Positions 43,905 through 52,822 of a stretch of DNA of 64,000 nucleotides are shown here, in pieces. The translations under genes and the position numbers were made by a program. The notes under the pieces are model-generated. The model ran no database searches and was not told the DNA's origin. It saw only the letters and a list, made by a program, of their open reading frames with translations. The DNA lies in IMG/VR virus record IMGVR_UViG_3300027836_000008; one strand, 5' to 3'. Position 1 is the stretch's first letter. Each line of letters opens with the position of its first letter. The stretch comes from a virus.

Positions 43905-45337
43905 TAATCCTAGGGGTCAATGAGACTTCACATGATGCATCTGTTTCTTTGATCCAAGATGGAAAGATTCTATTCGCTGGTCATGCTGAAAGATATAGTA
44001 AGCAAAAGAATGACTGGTATGTTAATGATAGTTTAGTTAATGATGCTTTGCAGTACGGGACACCTGATGCTATAGCCTACTATGAGAAACCCCTTCTAAA
44101 GGCCTCCAGACTGCTTATGAGGGGTGGTGCAGGGGATTGGAAGCCACGCTTTGATCTTCCTAATATCCCCAGAAAATCATTTGGTCATCACTACTCACAC
44201 GCTGCTGCTGGATACTATACTAGTCCTTTTAATGATGCAGTTATCGTTGTCCTAGATGCTATTGGAGAATACAATACCTCGACAATTTGGGTGGGCGAGG
44301 GTGATAAGATTAAATTAAAGTACAAACAAAACTATCCTATTAGTTTTGGATTGTTCTATTCAGCATTTACTCAACTCCTTGGACTAATGCCAAATCAAGA
44401 AGAGTATATTATGATGGGTATGGCTGCTTATGGAGACTGGAAGAGATACTATAAAGAAGTAGATGAGTACTTTCCAAACTATCATACACAAAAGTATAAC
44501 TTTCATAAAGGCATCCACGACTGGGGAATGCCAATAACTGAGCAGGATAAGTTTGATATTGCTGCTGCAGTTCAAGTTGTTTATACAACCAGACTCATGG
44601 AATTTATGAGGATGGCAAAGTTAATTACTGGTAAAAAGAATCTTGTTTTTATGGGTGGATGTGCACTTAACTCATCAGCCAACACATCTTTGTGGAAGTT
44701 GTTTGATATGATATGGATTATGCCTAACCCAGGGGATGCAGGAAGTTCTTTAGGTGCTGCTGCTGCGCTTTATGGCAAGCACTTAGATTGGGAAACTCCA
44801 TATCTTGGTTATGATCTTGGTGGAGAATATCCAGTACAAGAGATTGTTGATACTATTTTAAAAGATGGTGTTGCTGCAGTTGCTACAGGTAGAGCAGAGT
44901 ATGGTCCTCGTGCTCTTGGTAATAGATCAATCCTGGCTGACCCAAGAGATCCAAACATCAAGGATAAAGTAAATATGATTAAGAAGCGTGAACTGTTTAG
45001 ACCATTTGCTCCAGTTGTGCTAGAAGAGCATGCATCTAAATGGTTTGACATGGACTTTGCTTCTCCATATATGCAGTATACAGTTAAGTGTTTACAGCCA
45101 CACAAAATACCCTCAGTTGTTCATGAAGATGGAACATCTAGAGTTCAAACTGTTAATAAAAAGGATCATAGAGATTTATGGAGAACAATAAATAAGTTCT
45201 ACTTGCAAACTGGTGTACCAGTATTGCTGAATACAAGTTTAAACATCAAGGGGCAGCCCCTACTTAATGACGAAAACGATGTTACACTTTGGGAACAAAC
45301 CTACAATCAAAAAATACTAAGGGGCAAAAATGGATAG
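43901..45337 (+). CDS. O-carbamoyltransferase (NodU/CmcH/TobZ family)
   Basis: HDASVSL; HHYSHAA; GGCALNS; PGDAGSSLGAA; YGPRALGNRSILADP; FRPFAP; LLNTSLN.KG.P. Confidence 0.92.
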   Translation: MIILGVNETSHDASVSLIQDGKILFAGHAERYSKQKNDWYVNDSLVNDALQYGTPDAIAYYEKPLLKASRLLMRGGAGDWKPRFDLPNIPRKSFGHHYSHAAAGYYTSPFNDAVIVVLDAIGEYNTSTIWVGEGDKIKLKYKQNYPISFGLFYSAFTQLLGLMPNQEEYIMMGMAAYGDWKRYYKEVDEYFPNYHTQKYNFHKGIHDWGMPITEQDKFDIAAAVQVVYTTRLMEFMRMAKLITGKKNLVFMGGCALNSSANTSLWKLFDMIWIMPNPGDAGSSLGAAAALYGKHLDWETPYLGYDLGGEYPVQEIVDTILKDGVAAVATGRAEYGPRALGNRSILADPRDPNIKDKVNMIKKRELFRPFAPVVLEEHASKWFDMDFASPYMQYTVKCLQPHKIPSVVHEDGTSRVQTVNKKDHRDLWRTINKFYLQTGVPVLLNTSLNIKGQPLLNDENDVTLWEQTYNQKILRGKNG

Positions 45338-46028
45338 GCTAAGAATACTAATAAACTCATCACCAAGATCTGGACATACTTGGCTACAATACTTGCTTTT
45401 TAATTCTTTAAAAAATTCAAATAATGTAAACTTAGGTGCAACTGTTGATGATTTTATTGTAAGAACTAATGTGCCAGTAATCCTTAATGCAACATTTAAA
45501 GATATTGTTCAGGTAAGCATATTGCGAAGTCCACAAGACATAATTCCTTCTATTGTTACCAAGACAATGGGTGGGTTAGGAAATAATATAACTTCTGGTA
45601 TACCTATGCCACATGAAATGGGTAGTTTGCCTTCCCTTGAAAAGTTAGTTGATGATCAATTTGGCATATACAGGTTGTGGTCTGGCACCATGCTTGATAA
45701 TTTAGATAAAGTTATGGCCTTTACATTTGAACAAGCAACAACAGATACAGAGTTTGTTATGAGGTCCATAATGAAAAATTTCAATGTTGATTATAATATA
45801 GTTTTAAATGAAAACATTCCTGCATCAATTGAACATGCAAGAAGAAAGATTATGCAGCATGATAAGGGCGAGGTAGGTTTTAATAACCCAGTCCCAATTG
45901 ATAAAAAACCAGATGTCTATTATAAAATTAAAGAAATTGTAGACAATCATAAACTGCTTGAACCAACATTAAACTTTTATAAAGATGCATGTGATTTAAT
46001 AAAACAGTCACAATTAATGTGGAATTAA
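45330..46028 (+). CDS. Sulfotransferase-like protein
   Basis: 5'-PSB-like SPRSGHTWL; 3'-PB-like LRSPQDIIPS. Confidence 0.65.
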   Translation: MDRLRILINSSPRSGHTWLQYLLFNSLKNSNNVNLGATVDDFIVRTNVPVILNATFKDIVQVSILRSPQDIIPSIVTKTMGGLGNNITSGIPMPHEMGSLPSLEKLVDDQFGIYRLWSGTMLDNLDKVMAFTFEQATTDTEFVMRSIMKNFNVDYNIVLNENIPASIEHARRKIMQHDKGEVGFNNPVPIDKKPDVYYKIKEIVDNHKLLEPTLNFYKDACDLIKQSQLMWN

Positions 46029-46034
46029 CTTTTA

Positions 46035-46970
46035 TTACTTTTGGTTAAAGATTAAACCTCTGTTTATTAATTCTTCTTTAAAACCTTTATACCATAGTTC
46101 ATGAGCAATTCTTCCTGGATGACCATCTCTAAAATTAATATCATCTTTTTCAATTTTTCCATCAGGTCTTACTGCGCTTATTAATTGTCTATCAATTTTT
46201 TGTGTTTCAAAGAAGGTAGATTCAAAAAATTTAGAGTTTCTAATGTTTTCATTTTGTTCAGTAGCCCATGTACTCCATAAAAACTTTGTGCCAACTGATT
46301 CGCAGTACGCTATAAACAACGCCATTGCTGTGACCCAATCAGGAAATTTATTTCTATATTCAAGATCTAACTCTTTTTCACTTGCATCTCCAGTGTTTCT
46401 TTGAATATACTTCCAACGTCTTGCTTCTTCTTCCCATTCATAATGCCTTACCATATTTGGATGCAAAACAAAGTAATAGTCAGGCGCTCCATATTTCTCT
46501 ACATAAACTTTAAAATTTATAAATATCTGATGCCATCCGTAACCACCCTTGGCAACACTAAAGAACCCACTTGTTTTGTTGTATTGAGAGATATCTTTAT
46601 ATAATTTATATGACCAATTGTCTTGGATGTTTGATCCAACCCCCTCTGTGTTAGAACAGCCACCAAATAAGATGTGTAGTCCATCATGTTTATCTGTAAA
46701 ATGATCAGATCTAAAGAGTTCGTTGTTATATGAATATTCTACTTCCCAGTCTTCTTTTCCTGGCTGGATGCGTTCTGGTGGTATGTTGTTAAATATGTGG
46801 TAATCATTAATTTTTCTGTAAGTATACTTTTTATTTGTTTGCGACTCATCGTTTTTTATCATACTAAGGATAAACTGTTCAGAATCCATATTTCTGATCC
46901 ACATTGTATTAAAACTATTAGGGTTTATTGTGTCATAAGGCTCATTGCCTGGTACATTACTATGATTCAC
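46035..46970 (-). CDS. SGNH/GDSL-like protein
   Basis: LFGGCSNTEGVG; DGHPG..AH. Confidence 0.65.
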   Translation of the reverse strand: MNHSNVPGNEPYDTINPNSFNTMWIRNMDSEQFILSMIKNDESQTNKKYTYRKINDYHIFNNIPPERIQPGKEDWEVEYSYNNELFRSDHFTDKHDGLHILFGGCSNTEGVGSNIQDNWSYKLYKDISQYNKTSGFFSVAKGGYGWHQIFINFKVYVEKYGAPDYYFVLHPNMVRHYEWEEEARRWKYIQRNTGDASEKELDLEYRNKFPDWVTAMALFIAYCESVGTKFLWSTWATEQNENIRNSKFFESTFFETQKIDRQLISAVRPDGKIEKDDINFRDGHPGRIAHELWYKGFKEELINRGLIFNQK

Positions 46971-47098
46971 AAATACTCCCTTGATATTTTAACAAGTATA
47001 GCATATGGTATACTTATTTTTATGATTAAAAAAATTATTAAATGGTACAGAATAAGAAAAGCAGTTAAAGAAATTAATAAACCAAGAAAATATATTTA

Positions 47099-47248
47099 TT
47101 AATTACGCTCTGACTTTGGCTTTAATTGTGTTGTTTTATCATAATAGCGCTCAATCTTGGACTTAATAGTTCCATCCTTACGCATCTTAACAATCCATCC
47201 ATCTTTAATTTGGGTATCGTTAAATGATCCCGCTTTCTTTTTTGGCAT
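47099..47248 (-). CDS. Small basic protein
   Basis: Read by hand: MPKKKAGSFNDTQIKDGWIV... Confidence 0.55.
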   Translation of the reverse strand: MPKKKAGSFNDTQIKDGWIVKMRKDGTIKSKIERYYDKTTQLKPKSERN

Positions 47249-47250
47249 TA

Positions 47251-47766
47251 CTACTCCGCTCTGTATATGTTAGTGGTTGATCTTGTATAGTCTTTTCCAA
47301 TACCTGCAAAAATTGATGAAGATTTTGCAACAGGCACACAGTTAGGCACTGGCTTTCCGTTAGCCCCTGGCTTCATGCCACGTTGTACATATCCATCCCA
47401 ACACGGTGACTGCTTGTTTGCCTGGTATGTTTCTGTTGGAAGAATTGGATTTTCTGCCTTACCAACTGATGCATCGTATTCAGCCATCGCCATTTCAGAA
47501 TCTTCTACTTCTTGTGGTAGTGGATCAATTGCAACCATCAATGACATCATGCATCCAGTATATAGGTTTGTTGCTTCCCACATTCCATTTTCTTCTTGTT
47601 CAAATAGTTGAATTAGTACCGCTGGATTTTCTGGAGATGCTTCTAGAGAGTATTCTCCTCCTGGCACACCAAGCATTCCTTCACGCATTACGTGAACTAC
47701 CTGACCAATATGAACTTCTTCATCGGATCCGTGTGCAGTCATGGCAAAATCGCCTTCTTTTAACAT
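47251..47766 (-). CDS. Hypothetical protein with CW.GY...GMK...VPNCVP motif
   Basis: Leaderless start MLKEGDF at 47766; the track extension runs through a tRNA. Confidence 0.7.
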   Translation of the reverse strand: MLKEGDFAMTAHGSDEEVHIGQVVHVMREGMLGVPGGEYSLEASPENPAVLIQLFEQEENGMWEATNLYTGCMMSLMVAIDPLPQEVEDSEMAMAEYDASVGKAENPILPTETYQANKQSPCWDGYVQRGMKPGANGKPVPNCVPVAKSSSIFAGIGKDYTRSTTNIYRAE

Positions 47767-47790
47767 ATAATTATTATACCATGATACTTG

Positions 47791-47861
47791 CTTCCCCTCA
47801 TGGATTCGAACCACGATGACCACCTCCAAAGGGTGGCGTATTGCCGTTATACGAAGGGGAA
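47791..47861 (-). tRNA. tRNA-Gln(UUG)
   Basis: CCACC-CT TTG GA-GGTGG; GGTTCGAATCC. Confidence 0.9.
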
Positions 47862-47862
47862 A

Positions 47863-47939
47863 TGGTAGGGCAGGTTGGACTTGAACCAACGACAACCACC
47901 TTATAAGAGTGGTGCTCTAACCAACTGAACTACTGCCCT
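47863..47939 (-). tRNA. tRNA-Ile(UAU), CCA encoded
   Basis: AGGGCAG/CTGCCCT-A-CCA; CCACT-CT TAT AA-GGTGG. Confidence 0.92.
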
Positions 47940-48202
47940 TTAACAGTGCACCAAATGATACTTTCTTGAAGTTCTTGGTGTGTTTCCCAAAAGTCTTCAT
48001 CGTTTGAGTCATCTAGGCATTTCATACAGGTTTTAACATTACTTTCTGTATAGTCAAAGTAGTCTGAACGCATTATTCTTGATCTACTTTATACGTCATT
48101 GCAACATAACAAACAACATAGCCCATTATAAATGCTGGGATAAGTAGTAGTGAATGTATCATAATATCTCCTTAGTGTTACTATAAGTATACAGCAAGAA
48201 AA

Positions 48203-48469
48203 CTAGGATGTCAATCTTTTATGTGTTCTTATTCTATGGCAATTTGCACATACTACTTCACATTTGGCTATCTCTTTTTTGATCGCTGCCCACGAAAATC
48301 CATCATGAATCATCCTAGATATGTTATACTTTTTATCTCTTAAATGATCAAAGTCTAAAATTATATGATTACCTATTCCACAATCAACACAGCCAGAAGC
48401 CTCTTTGATCTCAGCAAGTTTTCTTTTATACTCTTGCTTGTTATAGTGTTCTAACTCTTTGTTAGTCAT
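48203..48469 (-). CDS. HNH endonuclease
   Basis: CVDCG...LDFDH...CEVVCANCH.IRT. Confidence 0.85.
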   Translation of the reverse strand: MTNKELEHYNKQEYKRKLAEIKEASGCVDCGIGNHIILDFDHLRDKKYNISRMIHDGFSWAAIKKEIAKCEVVCANCHRIRTHKRLTS

Positions 48470-48496
48470 TGATATTATTATACCGTAAAATATTAA

Positions 48497-48614
48497 GAGC
48501 CCCACGTAGGCGATTCAAGCACAATGGCCCAGGTCGTATAGAATAGGTAACTAATCCATCCCAAGGTCCTACGTGAGGCATACCAGGTATTTAACGTCGC
48601 TGTCTCCCCCGACA
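48497..48614 (-). ncRNA. Candidate structured ncRNA with its own extended -10 promoter
   Basis: TGGTATAAT at 48628-48620; 5' stem GUCG/CGAC; 12-bp stem GCCUCACGUAGG/CCUACGUGGGGC; no ATG after the predicted TSS. Confidence 0.6.
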
Positions 48615-48620
48615 TTTAAA

Positions 48621-49328
48621 TTATACCAGAAGTTGTTTAAAGAGCCAGTCACCATCTATAGGTGAAGGATTATAGGTTTGCATATCATACTCTGGGAATA
48701 TTTTTTCTACTTCAGAAGCAATCTCTTGTGACACTATGGTTTTCCACAAGTTTGGATCACCAAGGAAAACTATACCCTCATTATACTTTTTCTTGCTTTT
48801 TTCTATGTCTTTAAGGATTACCTTTGCACCTACGTAATCACTGAGTCTGTCAAGTTCTTCAATGTCCCCTGAAACTAATTTATCAAAACTAAAGCATTCC
48901 CCATGCTTAGACCAGTCTGATGTTATTTCTCTATAACTAGAAAACTGTCTGCTACCTATGTAAGAAAGGAACTGTTCAGAATTTGGCAACATCCCCTTGA
49001 ATAGGTCTGAGTTAAACATTTTATTATCAGGCCAGTCAGGGCTAAATCCTCTGTTGTGCATAAAAAGAATAGATAATGCCTGACCTATTGGATGTCTTTC
49101 TGTTGTTATGATCTTGTGTGTTTTTGCAAATTCTAAAAGTTGATGATCTTTTGTATCTGCGTGTATTCCAATAACTGGATTTGTTCTAGAAGATACCGTT
49201 GGATGTTTCCAAAACTCTTCATCATATTTTGTAAATCTCATACTATGAGACTTAGTGGCAAATGCAATAGAGTCAACAAGTAGGTGTGTTCCACAACGTG
49301 GTGGTGTCGATATAAAAAAACCAGGCAT
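48621..49328 (-). CDS. Sulfotransferase-like protein
   Basis: True start MPGFFISTPPRCGTHLL at 49328; TERHP.GQALS; FSFDKL. Confidence 0.65.
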   Translation of the reverse strand: MPGFFISTPPRCGTHLLVDSIAFATKSHSMRFTKYDEEFWKHPTVSSRTNPVIGIHADTKDHQLLEFAKTHKIITTERHPIGQALSILFMHNRGFSPDWPDNKMFNSDLFKGMLPNSEQFLSYIGSRQFSSYREITSDWSKHGECFSFDKLVSGDIEELDRLSDYVGAKVILKDIEKSKKKYNEGIVFLGDPNLWKTIVSQEIASEVEKIFPEYDMQTYNPSPIDGDWLFKQLLV

Positions 49329-49385
49329 ACAATAAGTATAGCAGAAAACACCTATGGTATAATTATTGAGAGCAAAGGATGTGTT

Positions 49386-50087
49386 ATGGATCAGCAAAGA
49401 CTTGACAACGCTAAAAGAGGCGTTACAGTTAATCAAGAAGGTAAAGAGTTTAGTTTTACATCTCCAATCCCTGGAGTGCATATTTATGATAATGTTTGGC
49501 CAGAGTCTGATGCATTTTTTGAAAAGTTGCTTACGCCAGAATTTTGGGAAACAAATACAGACATTCCTGGTGCTAGAAAATGGGTACGTGAAGACTTCTT
49601 TGATGATGTAGAGTATACAAAAGATAATGGCAAGAAGTCTGATACATGCTGGGTTTATTCTCACCCAGAAGCAAATGAAGCATTTAAGGATGTTGTTAAT
49701 TCATATACATTCCACTGGAATATTGATCCACGAAGCAGAGAGAGTTTAAGAATTTCTAGATTCTCAAACGGTGAATTCTTTGGGGCTCATGCAGATGATA
49801 CATATGCGACACCAAGAACTGTTTCCCTAGTCTATTATCCTAATGACGACTATGAAGGTGGAGAGTTAGAGTTTATTCACTTTGGTGTAACAATTAAGCC
49901 AAAGGCAAAGCAGTTGTTTATATTCCCTTCAGGCTATTCTTATGAGCATAGAATTACAGAAATTACTGCTGGTAATCCTAGATGGACTATCGTTTCATTC
50001 TTAGAGTTTGGTGATGATTTTGAAACAACAAAGAGAAGAAAAGATCTAGACTTTCCATACAAACCAATATTTAAAGAACTATTTTAA
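49386..50087 (+). CDS. 2OG-Fe(II) oxygenase
   Basis: AHAD...VSLVYYPNDDYEGGE...EH.I...RWTI. Confidence 0.88.
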   Translation: MDQQRLDNAKRGVTVNQEGKEFSFTSPIPGVHIYDNVWPESDAFFEKLLTPEFWETNTDIPGARKWVREDFFDDVEYTKDNGKKSDTCWVYSHPEANEAFKDVVNSYTFHWNIDPRSRESLRISRFSNGEFFGAHADDTYATPRTVSLVYYPNDDYEGGELEFIHFGVTIKPKAKQLFIFPSGYSYEHRITEITAGNPRWTIVSFLEFGDDFETTKRRKDLDFPYKPIFKELF

Positions 50088-50089
50088 AA

Positions 50090-50140
50090 TAAAAAAATAG
50101 GCTAAGAGGTTTTATTCTCCTAGCCTATTTTCTTTTTTAT
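50090..50140. terminator. Bidirectional intrinsic terminator
   Basis: A-tract, AATAGGCT...AGCCTATT stem, T-tract; lies between convergent genes. Confidence 0.7.
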
Positions 50141-50141
50141 A

Positions 50142-50411
50142 TTACTTCTTCTTTGGCGCAGCCTTCTTACGTGCTGGTGCCTTCTTAACAGTTGCCTTCT
50201 TGACTGCAGCATCGACTGTTGCTACGTCTGGCAAGCGACCAAATGCAGTGTCACTTGGATTGATTGCTCTCAATGCCACGGGTGCAAGAGCAGCCAATAG
50301 TGAGTATGCAAGTGTCTTAGGATCAGTAACCCCAGACATGTATAGTGCAAGTCCTGCACCAAGAACAGATCGTCCGTATGATGCTAGTAGTGCCTTTAGT
50401 TGTTCATTCAT
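50142..50411 (-). CDS. Holin-like membrane protein with Lys/Ala-rich tail
   Basis: SYGRS.L...two TMs...RAINPSD.AFG; KKAPARKKAAPKKK. Confidence 0.65.
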   Translation of the reverse strand: MNEQLKALLASYGRSVLGAGLALYMSGVTDPKTLAYSLLAALAPVALRAINPSDTAFGRLPDVATVDAAVKKATVKKAPARKKAAPKKK

Positions 50412-50421
50412 ATTATTCCTC

Positions 50422-50580
50422 CTAGGATATAGTTCGTGTTAGTACTGTAAAGCCAATCCATAGCCCAATAATTCCTGCGACTCCCGCAAAAACTGGTGGT
50501 GCTGGTACTGGCAATTTGAATGCAGCAAACACGATGCCACATCCAAAACCTGTTAGTGTTGATAGTATTACATCTTTCAT
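50422..50580 (-). CDS. XapX/DUF1427-type small membrane protein
   Basis: Read by hand: GIVFAAFKLPVPAPPVFAGVAGIIGLWIG. Confidence 0.75.
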   Translation of the reverse strand: MKDVILSTLTGFGCGIVFAAFKLPVPAPPVFAGVAGIIGLWIGFTVLTRTIS

Positions 50581-50668
50581 TATTTCTCCTTTTAGTATAA
50601 AAACTTTTTTTGTTTATTAATTTCTTTTTTTATCTTTCTAAATCTGTACCAATATAATACTTTATTAA

Positions 50669-51625
50669 TCATAGCCATCCCCTATCTTTTATTTCTTTAT
50701 CAAAGACATCTGCCCAATACTCATTAATAAGTATACCAGCATGACCGTCTCTTCTGTTAAGATCAAACTTTCCCATCTTTCCATCAGGTCTTTTTTTACT
50801 AATAAACTTCATTAATTCTTTAGCAGATAGTTCCACATAATTTTTAGATAGATTAATTAATTTATAGTTTTCATTTTCTGTATAGTCCCAGGAAGCCCAA
50901 AGCATCTTAGTTCCAATAGACTCACAATACTTTTCAAATAGTTTCCACTCAATTGCAAAATCAACCAAACATTTTCTATGCTCAGTTAGTGTCAAAGGCT
51001 TTGCAATAAGTAAGGGATCTAGAACTCTATCTCCGTCTTCTTGCTCTCTAGTGACAACACTACCATTAGGGTATCTTTGAACATATACATATCTATTTGA
51101 ATTAATGTCCCATTGAAAGAATCTACCTACATTTGGCAACAAAACAAATAGATGCTCTGGTGCACCGTACTTCTCTACATAGATCATAAAGTTTGATACA
51201 ACTTTTTGCCAACCAAACCCTGCTTTTGCTATTGTATAAAATCCAGACTTTTCCTGTTTATCTTGGTTTATTTTATTAAGAAGTAACTTTGACCATACAG
51301 TTTCTAGTGGTGCACCTAGACCTTCTGTTTGTGAGCATCCAGCAAAAAGAATGTGACTACCTTTATGCTCACTTGTAAAATCCTCGCACCTAAAGTAGTC
51401 TTGGTTTAAACTATACTCTACCGTGCCATCATCTTCTGCAATCTCAGTTGGTAGTTTAGTCCAAGTGCGTGACACTGGACTCCCATCTTCATTTTGTATT
51501 TCTGCCCAAGTCTTATCAAACCTATTATAGAAAACATCAGGAACATCTCCATTTAAACCATTAAGAAGAAACTTTTCGCTTCTACCTGTGCTGGCTTGTA
51601 ACTTTTCTACTCTTTTGTTTTTCAT
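50669..51625 (-). CDS. SGNH/GDSL-like protein, paralogue of 46035..46970
   Basis: FRCEDFT..H.G.HILFAGCSQTEGLG; YGAPE..FVL.PN; RRDGHAG. Confidence 0.65.
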   Translation of the reverse strand: MKNKRVEKLQASTGRSEKFLLNGLNGDVPDVFYNRFDKTWAEIQNEDGSPVSRTWTKLPTEIAEDDGTVEYSLNQDYFRCEDFTSEHKGSHILFAGCSQTEGLGAPLETVWSKLLLNKINQDKQEKSGFYTIAKAGFGWQKVVSNFMIYVEKYGAPEHLFVLLPNVGRFFQWDINSNRYVYVQRYPNGSVVTREQEDGDRVLDPLLIAKPLTLTEHRKCLVDFAIEWKLFEKYCESIGTKMLWASWDYTENENYKLINLSKNYVELSAKELMKFISKKRPDGKMGKFDLNRRDGHAGILINEYWADVFDKEIKDRGWL

Positions 51626-51634
51626 GTTGTCGTC

Positions 51635-52063
51635 TTATAGTTTTTCTGTTTTATCATAGTCTTCAGGCAATAAACTTTCTATCTTTTTATAAGCCTGAGA
51701 AATCTTTTTCATAGAGTAGTAATGGGGGTAGGCAGATCCGATTACACCATACTCATCAAAATAATCTATCTCTGGCTTTACTTCATCAATAAATGTCTTC
51801 AATTCGTTTTGGACTTCCTCAATATACTCAAAAGCCCAGTCCCTTGACTGTGTTACAAAGTTTAGGAATCCCTCTGTCTTCTCTACATCTTTACTTTCTC
51901 TAGAGTCAAGAGACGCTTTCAATACTTCGTTTCTTTGTATGAGATCAATAATCTGTAACTTAAGTTTGATATTCTTACTACGCATTCTTACTATGTTAAT
52001 GCTCACAGCAAAAAATGCAAATATAAAAACAATAAAAGATATAAAACTAATAGTCTCAGACAT
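51635..52063 (-). CDS. Single-TM coiled-coil protein
   Basis: N-terminal TM; FL.F...SRDWAFEYIE.VQ. Confidence 0.7.
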   Translation of the reverse strand: MSETISFISFIVFIFAFFAVSINIVRMRSKNIKLKLQIIDLIQRNEVLKASLDSRESKDVEKTEGFLNFVTQSRDWAFEYIEEVQNELKTFIDEVKPEIDYFDEYGVIGSAYPHYYSMKKISQAYKKIESLLPEDYDKTEKL

Positions 52064-52292
52064 CTTCTCCTCCTTCTCTCATTAGCATTACGATTGCTCC
52101 ATTATCCTCAAGAGCCTTCTTTACTCTTACCATATATTCTGCTGCTTCAAACTTTTCTTCTCCAGTTAAAGACATGAAGTCTTTTTCTTTTGCAAGAACA
52201 GTTATGAAGTGCTCCTCGTCAATAATGTAGACATTAAAGTTTTTTGGTGGTGTAAGAGACCTAAAGGCACGTTTCATGGCATCAGTATACAT
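52056..52292 (-). CDS. Conserved actinophage hypothetical protein
   Basis: MYTDAMKRAFRS... Confidence 0.7.
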   Translation of the reverse strand: MYTDAMKRAFRSLTPPKNFNVYIIDEEHFITVLAKEKDFMSLTGEEKFEAAEYMVRVKKALEDNGAIVMLMREGGEDV

Positions 52293-52313
52293 TATTGATC
52301 CTCGCACCCGTAT

Positions 52314-52598
52314 TTAGTCTGACATAGTTAGACTGCTCCAAGTCTTCCACCAATCTTCCTTCTTCCTGTGGTTATTAAATTCCCTCGATATAGCGCCACC
52401 TTCAAGATAGACACCACCCCAAACGCCCCACTCTTTGCCAGTAATGCCAACAGCAAAACAGTTTTTGCTTATTGGACATGTAGAACAAAGTTTGTCAATT
52501 GCTGGTCTTAGAAGTTCATCTTCTTCATACTTATCAAAGAATAGATTAGTGTCGTAGTCCAAGCATAAGGCTTCGTCTTTCCACTCATGCTTTTTCAT
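52314..52598 (-). CDS. whiB: WhiB-family Fe-S transcription factor
   Basis: WKDEALC...LFF...CSTCPISKNC...GVWGG: four Cys plus G(V/I)WGG. Confidence 0.92.
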   Translation of the reverse strand: MKKHEWKDEALCLDYDTNLFFDKYEEDELLRPAIDKLCSTCPISKNCFAVGITGKEWGVWGGVYLEGGAISREFNNHRKKEDWWKTWSSLTMSD

Positions 52599-52601
52599 AT
52601 G

Positions 52602-52811
52602 CTAAACCGCAAACTTTTGTGGTATATCCCAGCCACTGCTACCTGGTACAAAGCGTTGCTGCAAGTACCACTTGGAATCAACAAGAACACCATTCTTTGA
52701 TGTTCTACCCTTCTCTGATGGATACTGGTTAATAACAGTCCATCCATCCCAACTCAAAGTCTTGTTTGATGCAACAATTTCTTCCATACGTTCTAGTTCT
52801 TTAATGATCAT
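52602..52811 (-). CDS. Hypothetical protein
   Basis: LSWDGWTV...F.P...GW.IP. Confidence 0.7.
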   Translation of the reverse strand: MIIKELERMEEIVASNKTLSWDGWTVINQYPSEKGRTSKNGVLVDSKWYLQQRFVPGSSGWDIPQKFAV

Positions 52812-52822
52812 TTTATTCCATT

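Noticed and set aside
49329-49664. Long N-terminal extension of ORF 48621..49664 (likewise 47251..47895, 23193..23603, 20898..21263)
   Set aside because: The extensions overlap a real opposite-strand gene, tRNAs or promoters; internal starts have promoter or RBS support.
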